64,000 bases of DNA from Candidatus Binatia bacterium. GTDB lineage: Bacteria > Desulfobacterota > Binatia > UBA9968 > CAXXLF01. The position numbers and the translations under genes were made by a program. Positions 20,345-31,011 of this stretch are shown here, one piece after another (position 1 is the first letter of the stretch; each line of letters begins with the position of its first letter). Location: assembly GCA_963664015.2 (NCBI GenBank), contig CAXXLF010000002.1, positions 192,001-256,000 of the forward strand. The letters run 5' to 3'. The notes under the pieces are model-generated. The model saw only the letters and a list, made by a program, of their open reading frames with translations. It ran no database searches and was not told where the DNA came from.

Positions 20345-21328
20345 TTAGCCGTTCCCCTTCGCGTACAGCGCATCGATAAAACCGGTATCATCGATCTCCC
20401 TGAGATAGTGGGTATCCCAGGGCTCCATCGGGGCAATAAAGTTAACTTTCGGATCATGGGCCACATCCAGGTTGTAAACGTTCCAAATGGCGACCGGATG
20501 GGGATAGGGCTTTTCACTAAGAAGCTCGCTCCACTCCTGATGTAAATGTTCAACCTCATCGTCGGACGTAACCTTAATCATAGGAGCCAGTTCACGTTTC
20601 AGAATCTCGCATACCTTCTGTTTCTCGGTCTTAAAAAAGTGAACTGCTTCGATAAACCCCTTTAAGAAAGCGGTCACCTTTTCCTCGTTTTTGAGAGTGA
20701 AATCAGTACTGGCACAGATCGTCGTGTTATGAATAACAGGTACGGAAGGGAGCTTAACCGGATGGAACCCTTTCTTTTTACCCTGAAGGTCAAAGGGGAT
20801 ATCCACATTGGCCGCGTCGATCTCACCGCGGGAGAGCATTTCGATCGCTGTATTTCCCCTGTCAGCCATCGTGACGTTAGGCTTATTGTAGATAAATTCT
20901 ACCTTTGAGGTATCCACCCCGGCTAACGCTAATGAATGTTCCAGATTTCCCCCTACGCACGGGGCACGATTGGTCAAGATCCTTTTGCCCTCTAAATCTT
21001 TGGCCTCTGGAAACTCCGGTCTGGCTATCAACCGGTCGTCCCAGTCATTTTGTGCCTGTCCTAAATAGACAAATCGCTTGTCTCCTTTGGCGCGGTAGAT
21101 GTAGGTTTCATGGTGGAGCCCGCTCAAGAACTCGTATTCTCCTTCGAGAAGAGAAGTAGCACGTTCTTTCATACTCCGAACCGGTCGCCCGCTCTTGGGT
21201 GGTATCGTGGCCACGTCGACTTCGAGATCGAAGCCGTGTTTTTGTGGTGCCCCACAGTCACGAAACACAGAAAGCAGCGCCATATGGGAAATATCGCTAC
21301 AAAGCATGCTCATTTTGCCAAAATCCAT
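20345..21328 (-). CDS. NMT1/SsuA-like substrate-binding-fold protein lacking a signal peptide
   Basis: KDLEGKRI, AFLKGFIEAVHFFKT, KPYP...IDDTGFIDAL; paralog of 12368..13297. Confidence 0.7.
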   Translation of the reverse strand: MDFGKMSMLCSDISHMALLSVFRDCGAPQKHGFDLEVDVATIPPKSGRPVRSMKERATSLLEGEYEFLSGLHHETYIYRAKGDKRFVYLGQAQNDWDDRLIARPEFPEAKDLEGKRILTNRAPCVGGNLEHSLALAGVDTSKVEFIYNKPNVTMADRGNTAIEMLSRGEIDAANVDIPFDLQGKKKGFHPVKLPSVPVIHNTTICASTDFTLKNEEKVTAFLKGFIEAVHFFKTEKQKVCEILKRELAPMIKVTSDDEVEHLHQEWSELLSEKPYPHPVAIWNVYNLDVAHDPKVNFIAPMEPWDTHYLREIDDTGFIDALYAKGNG

Positions 21329-21563
21329 TGATATAATTCTCCTTTCACTCCGATAACTAGCTTAGGTAAGACCCTACCTGTAGGGATTTTAGATTAATAG
21401 TGGAAGGAGGATGTATATCGGCAAAAAGGTACAGTTGTCAACCCCATTTGAGTGTCATCGAGCAAGAAAAGCCTTGCAAGAAAAGAACGATTGGGAGGAT
21501 GAGGAGGTGTTTTATCGACCATCATTGAGAATTGGGTGTCTCAGGAGCCTCCGGCCTGCCGGA

Positions 21564-22763
21564 TCATAAGTGACCCACCTTTTGCTCCTCATGCCTAACC
21601 TTTCGCCCGGCCTTTAAAACCCACAAACGGCTCCCTAGGGCCACCAACAGGAAAAAGGTTCCCGTAACCAAAAAGGTAAACTTGAAACCCTTCGAGTCTG
21701 CGAGCCAGCCAAGTATTAAGGGTGAGATCATAAGGGATAAAGGCCATCCCAGCGAAGTGGTCGCCATGGCCATAGACCGGTCCCTCGCCTCACTCAACTC
21801 AGTAGCCTGCATTTGATACCACAGGTCCAACACACCGCCGCAGGCTCCCACGGCCATAATGCAGGGGCTAAGGAAGTAAAGCCCTTCCAGAATTCCACTA
21901 CCGGTGATGAAAATGCCCAAACCTCCCATTCCTAGAGCAAAAAATCCCATCAGCCGAGGTGGCGTAATCAATGGACCCAGGATCAAGACCATGGTTATTG
22001 TCCCCAGGGCCCGCCCCGAGACCGCGAGTCCTATCCACTGCTCGCCATAACCCATCTGGGACAAATAGACCGGAAAGAGGGTCTGGGTGAGCGTCGAAGG
22101 AAGTGCAGCGCCGAACGATGCGAAGATCCCCAGCCACACTGGCCGATGCCCGAGGAAACGTCCGATTCCGGCCGTAATCTGCCACACAGTCCTACCACTT
22201 GGTTTTCTTGCCACATGGGGGATCATCAGACCAAGGAGAACACACGCGACGGACATACCGGCCAATATAAGAAACGATCCATAGTATCCTATCAAGGCCG
22301 CGAGGGCTCCACCCATGCTCATACCAAGCAGGTTCCCAAGATGGTTCCAGGCGGAAAGGTGCCCAAGTCTTTTCCCCATGCTGGGGCCTGGGAGCTGGGT
22401 GGCCAATGATTGAGCGGCTATCCAGAAAATACTCCGCGAAATATTGGCGGCCCCTTGACTAACCAGCAAGGAAGCAAAGCCATCCGCTTGAAGCAACAGA
22501 ATCGCCGCCAATACCAACAACAGGTAGCAGATCTGCAAAATCAAACGCTCGCCAAAACGGTCGCAAAGCGCTCCGCCCACGAATCGGACCGCGAGCATAA
22601 CCAATACGGGAATTGCAATAACACTGCCGATCTTTAAGACGGAGAAGCCCAGTGAAAGAGCGTAAAGAGGAACCAGTATCATCATCATGCCATTTACGAG
22701 GTTCCACAGAGCCACGCTGCTGTAAAACAGGATAAGACTAATGACCGGATTGTGAAATTTCAT
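21564..22763 (-). CDS. MFS transporter
   Basis: GALCDRFGER motif A; about 12 TM; GWLADSKG. Confidence 0.88.
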   Translation of the reverse strand: MKFHNPVISLILFYSSVALWNLVNGMMMILVPLYALSLGFSVLKIGSVIAIPVLVMLAVRFVGGALCDRFGERLILQICYLLLVLAAILLLQADGFASLLVSQGAANISRSIFWIAAQSLATQLPGPSMGKRLGHLSAWNHLGNLLGMSMGGALAALIGYYGSFLILAGMSVACVLLGLMIPHVARKPSGRTVWQITAGIGRFLGHRPVWLGIFASFGAALPSTLTQTLFPVYLSQMGYGEQWIGLAVSGRALGTITMVLILGPLITPPRLMGFFALGMGGLGIFITGSGILEGLYFLSPCIMAVGACGGVLDLWYQMQATELSEARDRSMAMATTSLGWPLSLMISPLILGWLADSKGFKFTFLVTGTFFLLVALGSRLWVLKAGRKVRHEEQKVGHL

Positions 22764-22853
22764 TTAACCCTTTCCTTAATAATGTTCATCGGTCTCTAAA
22801 AACTTAACACAGTGTTTCGCGGATGGATTCAGAAGGATATCCCTTTAATAATA

Positions 22854-23056
22854 TCACCGCAAAGGCGCCCCTCGACCCCACTCGGAACCCGGAACCCGTC
22901 GAAGGGCAGAGGGCACAGGGAATTAAATGTTGGTCGTTTGCGAAACGCCGACAAACAAAAATATTACTCAGATTAGAGCTGTAAGTGTTTGCCCAATCGT
23001 CGTCTCCCGATTGGGCAAAAGGGATTCTCTCAGTGTGCTCCGCGTCTCAGCAGTGA
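22854..23056. repeat. Intergenic palindromic (REP/MITE-like) element
   Basis: Imperfect outer arms TCACCGCAAAGGCGC...CAGAGGGCACAG / CTCAGTGTGCTCCGCGTCTCAGCAGTGA; perfect inner 12-bp stem TTTGCCCAATCG/CGATTGGGCAAA at 22988-23019. Confidence 0.55.
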
Positions 23057-23285
23057 AATGTCCGAATCCTTATCTGCGTAAATCTGCATTAACATCTTTT
23101 GATGATTTCACGACTGAGGTTGGCTATCAGCTGTTCCCGGCCCTAACTTTTCGACCATGCTCAGGGTCATGGCGCGGCATTCGAACCATGAGGCTCTCGA
23201 AGGGCTGTGCTCACCACTTTAAGCGCCCTTTGTTGACGTTTGCGATTTTCCTCTTGTATGGTGGCTTTAGAAAGGAAACCCATCG

Positions 23286-24725
23286 GTGGACCCACGAATC
23301 AATCTCTTGCTTCTTTGCAACACGATGCTGGGAAACTTCATGTCCGGCCTGGCATCGAGAATCTTTGCCATTTCCCTGCCTACGGTAGCCAATGCCTTGA
23401 AAACTGATATTGCGGGAGTTTCCTGGGCCCTTATCGCCTTTAATCTCACAAGCCTCGGGCTGGCCCTCGTCTTTGGGAGGTTGGGTGATATCTATGGGAG
23501 GGGTAAACTTTACGGGTTCGGATTTGCAATCTTTGCAGTGAGCTCGCTCCTATGCGGCCTGTCCCAATCGATTTTCCAGTTAATTCTGTTCCGGATCCTG
23601 CAAGGGGTTGGCGCCGCCATGACTCAATCCGTAGGGCGGGCTTTGGCCGCAGAGGCCATGCCGGAGGATCAGGGCAGCAAGGCGCAGGGTTTTATGACAA
23701 CGGCCTTCCACTCGGGCTTTCTCTTGGGACCAACTCTGGGTGGGCTTCTCATCGATAATGTCCACTGGCGGGCGGTTTTCTTTGTTCTGGTCCCGGTGGC
23801 GGTCGTCGGTTCGATTCTCGCCTTCGTGCAAACCAAGTCCTTCCAGCGGCCTAGTAAAGTGCAGCCCATCGATTATCTTGGAGCGGTGCTTTTAATCTCG
23901 ATCACGACCTCGTTGATTCTGCTTTTGGACCGGAGCACGAGAGAGGCGTTGCCACCCGAATTCACGTATTTTGTATTCCTCGCTATCCCGGTCCTCTTGG
24001 TCGCATTCTTTTATCGAGAACTTAAGATTTCAAGCCCCATCGTCAATCTTAGTCTGTTTAAGAATCGAATGTTTTCCTTCAGCTGCGTCTCCCTACTGCT
24101 CGTCACCCTGTCGCATTCCATGTCGGGGTTTCTCTTGCCCTTCTATTTGCAGGAGGTGCTCTTTATGACTCCAACCTTTATGGGGGTTCTCTTCATGTCT
24201 GCCCCCATCTTTACGGTCATGCTGGCTCCGGTCAGCGGGCAGATAGCCGACCGTATCGGACCGAGAATCCCGGCGACCACGGGAGCCGCCATGATGTTCT
24301 TTTCGGCTATTGTAGGGATACTTCTACGGCCGAACTCCCATTGGTTCCTTCCAGCGGCCATGCTGGGATTTACAGGGTTGGGATCGGCTTTCTTCAATTC
24401 GCCCAATCACGGGGCCATGATCGGCTCGGTTCCCAAGGAACACCGGGGTTTTGCTAACGGGGCGATCCAGGTTTGTTTTAACCTGGCCCATATGTTTGGG
24501 ATTTCCCTGGGAACCTTTTTGATGACTTTAAACTTTCAGCGTTATGTGGGCCGCGGGGCTGCCGTAACCACCACCAACCCAACGGCCTTCGTTTCATCCC
24601 TGAATGCCACCTTCATGATCGGTGGTGTGGTCTCTATGATTGCCGTGATAACGTCTTCCATGCGGGGAAAACCCGAGCAGCGAGTGGCGGGAGGAAAAGC
24701 AGATTTAGATAAAGCCAAGCCTTGA
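23286..24725 (+). CDS. MFS drug:H+ antiporter-2 (EmrB/QacA-like, 14 TM)
   Basis: GRLGDIYGRGK, RILQGVGAA, GPTLGG, WRAVFF, IDYLG, LSLFKNR. Confidence 0.9.
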   Translation: MDPRINLLLLCNTMLGNFMSGLASRIFAISLPTVANALKTDIAGVSWALIAFNLTSLGLALVFGRLGDIYGRGKLYGFGFAIFAVSSLLCGLSQSIFQLILFRILQGVGAAMTQSVGRALAAEAMPEDQGSKAQGFMTTAFHSGFLLGPTLGGLLIDNVHWRAVFFVLVPVAVVGSILAFVQTKSFQRPSKVQPIDYLGAVLLISITTSLILLLDRSTREALPPEFTYFVFLAIPVLLVAFFYRELKISSPIVNLSLFKNRMFSFSCVSLLLVTLSHSMSGFLLPFYLQEVLFMTPTFMGVLFMSAPIFTVMLAPVSGQIADRIGPRIPATTGAAMMFFSAIVGILLRPNSHWFLPAAMLGFTGLGSAFFNSPNHGAMIGSVPKEHRGFANGAIQVCFNLAHMFGISLGTFLMTLNFQRYVGRGAAVTTTNPTAFVSSLNATFMIGGVVSMIAVITSSMRGKPEQRVAGGKADLDKAKP

Positions 24726-24876
24726 ATTTTGGACGAGTGGGAGATAATTACTCTGATTTTATCCGCCTTCCAAATGGACCATGGCCATGCGGGAACTCCC
24801 AGCCGAACAGGCATAAACCCGTCGCGGCTTCATTTTAAATTACCAACTCGACGATAGCTTGCTTGGCTAACCCTGC

Positions 24877-25905
24877 TCAGGCGGTAGAAGCCTGTTTTTT
24901 CCCCTCGGCTAACCCCATTGCAACCTCGACGATCTGGTCCTCCTGTCCTCCCACCAGCTTACGCTTGCCGATTTCCACCAGGATGTCCCTGGCCTCGACG
25001 CCAAACTTTTCGGCCGCCCGGTCCGCGTGCAGCAGAAAGCTGGAATAGATCCCCGCGTATCCCATAGTCAGGCTCACCTTGCCGATTCGTACAGGCTTCA
25101 GCATCATCGGTCGCACCACATCTTCGGCCACATCCATGATCTTCCACATATCGATGCCTGTGTCATACCCCAATTTGTCCAGCACCGCTGAAATGACTTC
25201 CGTCGGGGTATTTCCCGAACCGGCTCCTAGCCCACAGGTGCATGCATCGAGCCAGCGGGCCCCCTCTTCAATCGCAGCAACCGTGTTGGCCACCGCAAGC
25301 GAGAGGTTGTTATGACCGTGAAATCCGATATCGATCTTGACAGATGCTCTTAGGGCTGCGATTCGCTCCCTCGCCGTATGGGGCATGAGGGCACCAGCCG
25401 AATCCGTGACGAGGACCACGTCTGCCCCGTAACTTTCCACCAGTTTTCCTTGTTCGGCGATCTTTTCAGGCGAGCCCATGTGGGACATCATGAGCATGGA
25501 GATCACCTTCATGCCCATCTTCTTGGCCAGGCCGATGTGCTGCTCGGCGATATCCGCTTCGGTTACATGGGTCGCAATCTGCGCTACTTTTGCTCCAAAA
25601 TCAGCGGCCATTTTCAGATCTTCTTTGGTCCCGATTCCAGGGAGAAGCAACACGGCTAGCTTGGCCCTCTTGATTACGGACGCAGCCGCTTTGAGCAGCT
25701 CCATTTCAGATTGCTTCGAGAAACCGTAGGTAACCGTTGAGCCTCCGAGCCCGTCTCCATGAGAGACCTCGATGATCTCGAGGCCGGCCTCATCCAAACC
25801 TTTAACCACCTGCATCACCTGCTCAGCCGTAAACTGATGGGCCAGGGCATGGCTTCCATCTCTTAACGTGCTGTCTAGAATATGGATCTTGGTCATCTCG
25901 CTCAT
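24877..25905 (-). CDS. mhpE: 4-hydroxy-2-oxovalerate aldolase
   Basis: [46 protein letters not shown]. Confidence 0.95.
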   Translation of the reverse strand: MSEMTKIHILDSTLRDGSHALAHQFTAEQVMQVVKGLDEAGLEIIEVSHGDGLGGSTVTYGFSKQSEMELLKAAASVIKRAKLAVLLLPGIGTKEDLKMAADFGAKVAQIATHVTEADIAEQHIGLAKKMGMKVISMLMMSHMGSPEKIAEQGKLVESYGADVVLVTDSAGALMPHTARERIAALRASVKIDIGFHGHNNLSLAVANTVAAIEEGARWLDACTCGLGAGSGNTPTEVISAVLDKLGYDTGIDMWKIMDVAEDVVRPMMLKPVRIGKVSLTMGYAGIYSSFLLHADRAAEKFGVEARDILVEIGKRKLVGGQEDQIVEVAMGLAEGKKQASTA

Positions 25906-26828
25906 ACCCGTGCCTCCATGGTCTCCTTTTTTTGCCAGGTCCCTGCTACCAGGTGTTTGCCGATTTCTTCTCCCACCTTTACGGCAGCCGAGGTCATGAT
26001 GTCCAGGTTTCCCGCATACTTGGGTAGATAGTCGCCGGCTCCCTCCACTTCGACAAAGACCGTGACCTTCTTTTTCCCCTTGCCACCGGGAAAATCCTCA
26101 ACCAGTGGTTTGGCCTTGAGTCGATAACCTGCAACGTACTCCTGGGTCCGTCGGACCATCGCTTCAATGGATTGCCGAAGCTTCTCTGGATCCGCTTCTT
26201 CCACAATACCGTAAACCGTGTTTCTCATTAGGACGGGCGGCTCCGCCGGGTTCAAGACGATAATTGCCTTGCCGCGGCTCGCCCCGCCGACAGTTTCCAA
26301 CCCGTGGGCGGTCGTGTTCGTAAACTCGTCGATATTTTGCCTTGTCCCCGGCCCGGCGCTCTTGCTCGCGATGGATGCGACGATCTCAGCGTATTCGACC
26401 GGTGCCACCTGCCCCATGGCATGGACACAGGGGATCGTGGCTTGCCCACCACAGCTGACCATATTGACGTTGGGCTCGCCGACATGCTGGTTAAGGTTCA
26501 CCAGCGGTACCACGTAGGGCCCGATTGCTGCCGGCGTCAGGTCTATGGCCACCTTGTTGGCCTTTTTGAGCAGCGGCGCATGCTCCAGATGGGCACTTGC
26601 GGTGGTCGCCTCAAATACGATATCGAACTGGTCCGCAAGGGCAAGAAGCCCCTCGATCCCCTCATGAGTTGTGACCAACCCATTGTCCCTCGCCCGTGCC
26701 AATCCCTCCGACTCGAGTACGATACCAGCCATCACGGTGGCATCCAGGAATTTGCTCCGCTTCAGTTTGTGCATAAGATCGGTGCCGATATTCCCGGAAC
26801 CTAAAATTGCCACTCTTGCGTTCTCCAT
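25902..26828 (-). CDS. mhpF: Acetaldehyde dehydrogenase (acylating)
   Basis: [52 protein letters not shown]. Confidence 0.95.
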   Translation of the reverse strand: MENARVAILGSGNIGTDLMHKLKRSKFLDATVMAGIVLESEGLARARDNGLVTTHEGIEGLLALADQFDIVFEATTASAHLEHAPLLKKANKVAIDLTPAAIGPYVVPLVNLNQHVGEPNVNMVSCGGQATIPCVHAMGQVAPVEYAEIVASIASKSAGPGTRQNIDEFTNTTAHGLETVGGASRGKAIIVLNPAEPPVLMRNTVYGIVEEADPEKLRQSIEAMVRRTQEYVAGYRLKAKPLVEDFPGGKGKKKVTVFVEVEGAGDYLPKYAGNLDIMTSAAVKVGEEIGKHLVAGTWQKKETMEARV

Positions 26829-26862
26829 GAACTCCTCCGATAAAATTTTCAAGTAAACTAAT

Positions 26863-27654
26863 TTAGATAAATCGTACTGAGACCGTGCCTAACCCATCAA
26901 AGTTAGCACGAATTGTATCTCCTGGAGCCACATCGGCAGCGGCGCAAAGGGCTCCCGGCATGATGACCTCGCCGGCTTTCAGGGTCACACCGAACTCTCC
27001 TACCACGTTGGCCAGCCACGCAACGGCGTTGGCCGGGTGACCCAATGCGGCTGCGCCGGCACCGGTCTGAACCACTTCGCCGTTCTTTTCCATCACCATA
27101 CCTATCAGCCTGAGATCCACCTGATCCACACGCCGAGGGGTCTCGCCTAAAACGATACGGGCAGATGACGCATTGTCCGCAATGGTGTCACTGAGTTTGA
27201 TCTTCCAACTCTCGAACCGGCTGTCGATAATCTCCAGTGCTGGAAGGACAAAGGCCGTAGCCGCAAGGACCTGGACAGTCGTCACTCCCGGTCCTTTTAA
27301 ATCTTTGTCCAGGATGAAGGCGATCTCGGGTTCGATTCTCGGCTGTATCAGATCTTTGGCTGGGAATTGGGCCCCGTCTTGCAAGACCATGCCGTCCAGG
27401 ATATGCCCGTAGTCCGGACTATCCACGCTGAGCATCTTTTGCATGGCCGTGCTCGTGAGGCCGATCTTTTTCCCGACTACCTTTGCCCCGTCCTTTTTCT
27501 TCAGCTCTATAAGCGAGAGCTGGATCCGATAGGCGTCATCGGGAGCGATGCCCTCGTATTGCTCGGTAAATTGACGGATCGGCCGACGTTCTTTTTCGGC
27601 GACGTAGAGGTCCTTCGCCGCCTTTTCGATAGACTGTTCATTCAGGCTGGCCAC
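26863..27654 (-). CDS. mhpD: 2-keto-4-pentenoate hydratase (FAH family)
   Basis: [41 protein letters not shown]; order mhpD-F-E. Confidence 0.85.
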   Translation of the reverse strand: MASLNEQSIEKAAKDLYVAEKERRPIRQFTEQYEGIAPDDAYRIQLSLIELKKKDGAKVVGKKIGLTSTAMQKMLSVDSPDYGHILDGMVLQDGAQFPAKDLIQPRIEPEIAFILDKDLKGPGVTTVQVLAATAFVLPALEIIDSRFESWKIKLSDTIADNASSARIVLGETPRRVDQVDLRLIGMVMEKNGEVVQTGAGAAALGHPANAVAWLANVVGEFGVTLKAGEVIMPGALCAAADVAPGDTIRANFDGLGTVSVRFI

Positions 27655-27835
27655 GTGTTCAACCCTCCTCTATCTGCGTGAATATATAAAAGGTGAGAAT
27701 GCCTACCTGATTCCCTACCAAGGGAGCTTTTCCGGGTCAAGACAAACCCCTAACTCCTTATTAAAGCGCCCCAAGCATAGCCTTTTATAAAGGACGGGTC
27801 CAGGTCTAGCCCCACAGACACAACCGGAACAAGAT

Positions 27836-27938
27836 TGCTCGCGCAAAGAACCCAAAGGGCGCAAAGTTCGCCAAGGTAGGAAAATTTAGGATCTAGGAAA
27901 TTGTATTTCCCTTTGCGAGCTTGCCCGCCTTGGCGCGC
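27836..27938. repeat. Intergenic imperfect palindrome (REP-like)
   Basis: CGCGCAAAG...GGGCGCAAAG / CTTTGCGAGCTTGCCCGCCTTGGCGCG arms. Confidence 0.45.
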
Positions 27939-28330
27939 TCTTCTTCGCCCAGAACGGTGGGGCTAGCCGCTTGGATATCGAATCGATGGCGGTCACCCCC
28001 CGACAAGGAATTCCATAACAGGAGATAGTCGAGTGTTTTATTTCAGACTTGCGACACTTGCGTGTCTTCATCAGTAATATGGTTCGGACCTGATATCTCT
28101 TATTTAAGAATTTGTGTAGAGGGATCACTGGAGCGATAAAACTTTTCGAAATCTTATCCTTGGAAGTGGCCCCAAGTTGACATATAAATGGATACCATCT
28201 TGTACTCCTAGGCCAAGGGTGGGTGAGTCGGCTATCGTTGGATTCTTGTTGACTATATTTAAAAAACAAGCTCTATTAAGTTCTAGTTATTTCCGATCAG
28301 AATGAAGGGGTTGCGTTTTGTGATTAAGCT

Positions 28331-30301
28331 ATGCTAACCGATGCCGCCTTGAATCTCACCGATTGGGGTTTCTGTCAGCGGTCGCTGAAGGAGGTCTCCC
28401 GTACTTTCAGTCTACCCATCGCAATGTTGCGCGAGCCGCTCGAGCAAGCAGTCACCTGCGGTTACCTACTCTGTCGAATTGCCGATACCATTGAGGACGA
28501 GCCCAACCTTGGGCTGGCAGAGCGGGACGCCCTCTTTTCGTCGTTCCTCGCCTGCCTGGAGGATGAGGCTTCAGCGTCGGCCCTCGCAAGCCGGTTCCCT
28601 GATAATGACCAAAAACCGGCGAGTGCCGAGCGTCGACTTATGCAAAATCTGCCGCGCCTCCTTGGCGTCTTCGCCGAGCTGAACGATACAGCCAAGCAAG
28701 CGATTCGACGAAGCGTGTGCGAGATGGTCCGCGGGATGGCCATCTACAACCGGCGCCCTGCCGGTACAGATGGAATCGTGGCATTGACCACGATCGCCGA
28801 CCTCGAACGTTATTGCTACTTTGTCGCAGGGACGGTTGGGCACATGCTTACCGACTTGTTCACGTCCACCTGCGATCTCGATGCTGAACGGACCCACACC
28901 TTGCGCACCAACGCAGAGGAGTTTGCCGTTGGCTTGCAGCTGACCAACATACTCAAGAACATCACTGAGGACTGGGAGCGCGGCGTCTGCTATGTCCCAC
29001 GCACGATCTGCAAGGAAGCGGGCCTCGAGGTTGCGGAATTGTTGCAACCGGACTCCCGAGAGCGAGCCCACATGGCACTAGCTCCCCTGTTCCAAAGAGC
29101 CGAGCGCTCGTTCGAGCATGCACTCACCTACTGCTTGGCGATCCCGGCTGTGGAGCGGGACATGCGCCTGTTTTGTCTCTTGCCCTTGTGGATGGCGGTA
29201 CGCACCCTTGCCTACGCCCGGAGAAACGACGCACAGATCATCCGCGGCCAGGAAGTGAAGATTTCACGTGCAGAGGTCGAGCAGCTGATCCAGGATTGTG
29301 CCAACCATGTGGACAACGACGAAGCGCTACGCGCCAGTTTTCACCGCCTGAATCGGGACCCCCTGACCATCACAGCACCCCGCCGGAGCACGGCCATAGT
29401 CGAGACGTCGACCGAGTTGATGAGCAGCTACATGACTGCTAGGCGGGAGCTTGTTGAAAAAGCTCTGGACCTATCGCTCCCGAGCGGGGCGACGCCCTAC
29501 CAACTTGCCGACGCGGTTCGCTACCCGGTACTGGCTGGCGGTAAACGGTTGCGGCCAATCCTGGCAATTGCGGCTGCGGAGTCCGTGGGGGCCACCGCGA
29601 ACGACGCGATGTTGCCAGCGCTTGCGGTCGAGCTCATTCACACCTATTCGTTGGTGCACGACGACTTACCGGCCTTGGACAACGACGATCTGCGTCGGGG
29701 CAAGCCAACCACTCACAAGGTATACGGCGAAGCGATGGCAATTCTTGTCGGGGACGCGTTGCTGACCCGTGCTTTCGAGCTACTGGCAGATCCGGCGCTC
29801 TCAGAGCGCATCGGATCCTCCCGAGCCATTCGTCTCGTTTATGAGATCTCATCTGCTGTAGGAGCCCACGGTATGGTAGGCGGGCAGGTCATTGACATCC
29901 TCTCCGACGGACAACAGCTCGACACCGACACCCTCATACGCTTGCACCAAATGAAAACTGCGGCACTCCTGCGCACATCTGTTGTAGCGGGCGGTATCGC
30001 GGGCCGCGCCACCGATGAGCAGCTCAGACAGCTAGCGATTTACGGCGAGCGCATCGGCCTCGCGTTTCAGATCGTCGATGACATCCTCGACGTTACCGCT
30101 ACCACCGAAAAGCTCGGCAAGCCGCAAGGCAGCGATGAGCGCCACCGCAAAGCAACATTCGTAACGGTACTTGGCATCGAGGTCTCCCGCCAGCGAGCCA
30201 AGCAGCTTATCGAAGAGGGGAAAGAGGCGATCAGTTCATTCGGGAACGATGCTCGTGTGCTTCATGCGCTGGGGGACTTCATCGAAGAGCGGACCCACTA
30301 A
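28331..30301 (+). CDS. Fusion of squalene synthase (N-terminal) and short-chain polyprenyl (FPP) synthase (C-terminal)
   Basis: N-half: VSRTF, YLLCRIADTIED, RYCYFVAGTVG, GLQLTNILK, FCLLPLWMAVRTL. C-half: GGKRLRP, HTYSLVHDDLPALDNDDLRRG, GQVID, KT, FQIVDDILD. One uninterrupted 656-aa ORF. Confidence 0.9.
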   Translation: MLTDAALNLTDWGFCQRSLKEVSRTFSLPIAMLREPLEQAVTCGYLLCRIADTIEDEPNLGLAERDALFSSFLACLEDEASASALASRFPDNDQKPASAERRLMQNLPRLLGVFAELNDTAKQAIRRSVCEMVRGMAIYNRRPAGTDGIVALTTIADLERYCYFVAGTVGHMLTDLFTSTCDLDAERTHTLRTNAEEFAVGLQLTNILKNITEDWERGVCYVPRTICKEAGLEVAELLQPDSRERAHMALAPLFQRAERSFEHALTYCLAIPAVERDMRLFCLLPLWMAVRTLAYARRNDAQIIRGQEVKISRAEVEQLIQDCANHVDNDEALRASFHRLNRDPLTITAPRRSTAIVETSTELMSSYMTARRELVEKALDLSLPSGATPYQLADAVRYPVLAGGKRLRPILAIAAAESVGATANDAMLPALAVELIHTYSLVHDDLPALDNDDLRRGKPTTHKVYGEAMAILVGDALLTRAFELLADPALSERIGSSRAIRLVYEISSAVGAHGMVGGQVIDILSDGQQLDTDTLIRLHQMKTAALLRTSVVAGGIAGRATDEQLRQLAIYGERIGLAFQIVDDILDVTATTEKLGKPQGSDERHRKATFVTVLGIEVSRQRAKQLIEEGKEAISSFGNDARVLHALGDFIEERTH

Positions 30302-30588
30302 TATATTGTGTTCCTTGACCACTCAAGCAGAAAGATTCTCCCGACTCCGCCCCTCATACTTACCCGTCTAAGACTTCCAGGCGCGATTTCATTAGGCGCT
30401 ACCTCTAATTTGGCTCAAAACCGGTATGGGCTTGGGTTTGCTCGGCATTAGATCCCCGGAACGCATTTAATGAGCTAATCTGTTGCGTCTTACTGATATA
30501 AGGATCGAAGGAAATGACGAGAGCCTGCTCATTCCGTGTTAAGAAGAAATGGACAGTCGCAATGAGTTACCGGGGCTTTTGCGTACGC

Positions 30589-30795
30589 TTACGCGTCAGG
30601 ACACGGCGATCGCGGGCGTAACCGACCATAGCGGAAGGACGGGCTTTTATCGTGCTTTGTTGGCCCCTCCTTTTGGCGAACCGTGGAGGTCCGAATCACG
30701 CTCTGCATCACCTTGATCTGCTGGTCTATCCTTGCTCTCAGTGCCTGCAACTCTCGCAAAACTCCCTTGAGGGTTGGAGTGAAGTTGATGGCCAT
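30589..30795 (-). CDS. Small hypothetical protein (short coiled coil plus basic tail)
   Basis: 68-aa ORF with strong RBS GAGGAGG before the ATG. Confidence 0.5.
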   Translation of the reverse strand: MAINFTPTLKGVLRELQALRARIDQQIKVMQSVIRTSTVRQKEGPTKHDKSPSFRYGRLRPRSPCPDA

Positions 30796-30900
30796 TGATC
30801 CTCCTCATAGGGACAGTATTCAACACCGTGCAGTTATGTCAACTCGACCTAGCAATTAAACGACGCTTTAATTGAGTCCTACCAAACTGAAAAAGGAAAC

Positions 30901-31011
30901 TTGACAACCCACTGGAACTCATCGATATTACGGGTGACCTTGCAGAGCGGGCATTTAAATTGTTCCCGAGATAGGCTGCGAGGGGGAGAGCCGTATTCCT
31001 AATAGTTAGAT
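30901..31011 (+). promoter_or_regulatory. Promoter plus attI-like site, copy 1
   Basis: TTGACA, 17 bp, GATATT; then a segment shared with 58255..58365 ending in the core site GTTAGAT (GTTRRRY, 31005-31011). Confidence 0.65.

Noticed and set aside
22927-23388. 153-aa ORF between the MFS genes
   Set aside because: Translates through a palindromic repeat and overlaps the real MFS start in another frame
27886-28269. 127-aa minus-strand ORF upstream of the terpene synthase fusion
   Set aside because: No motif, atypical composition, overlaps a palindromic repeat; probably spurious
30589-30795. Possible integron integrase remnant beside the attI-like site
   Set aside because: No tyrosine-recombinase residues or IntI similarity visible
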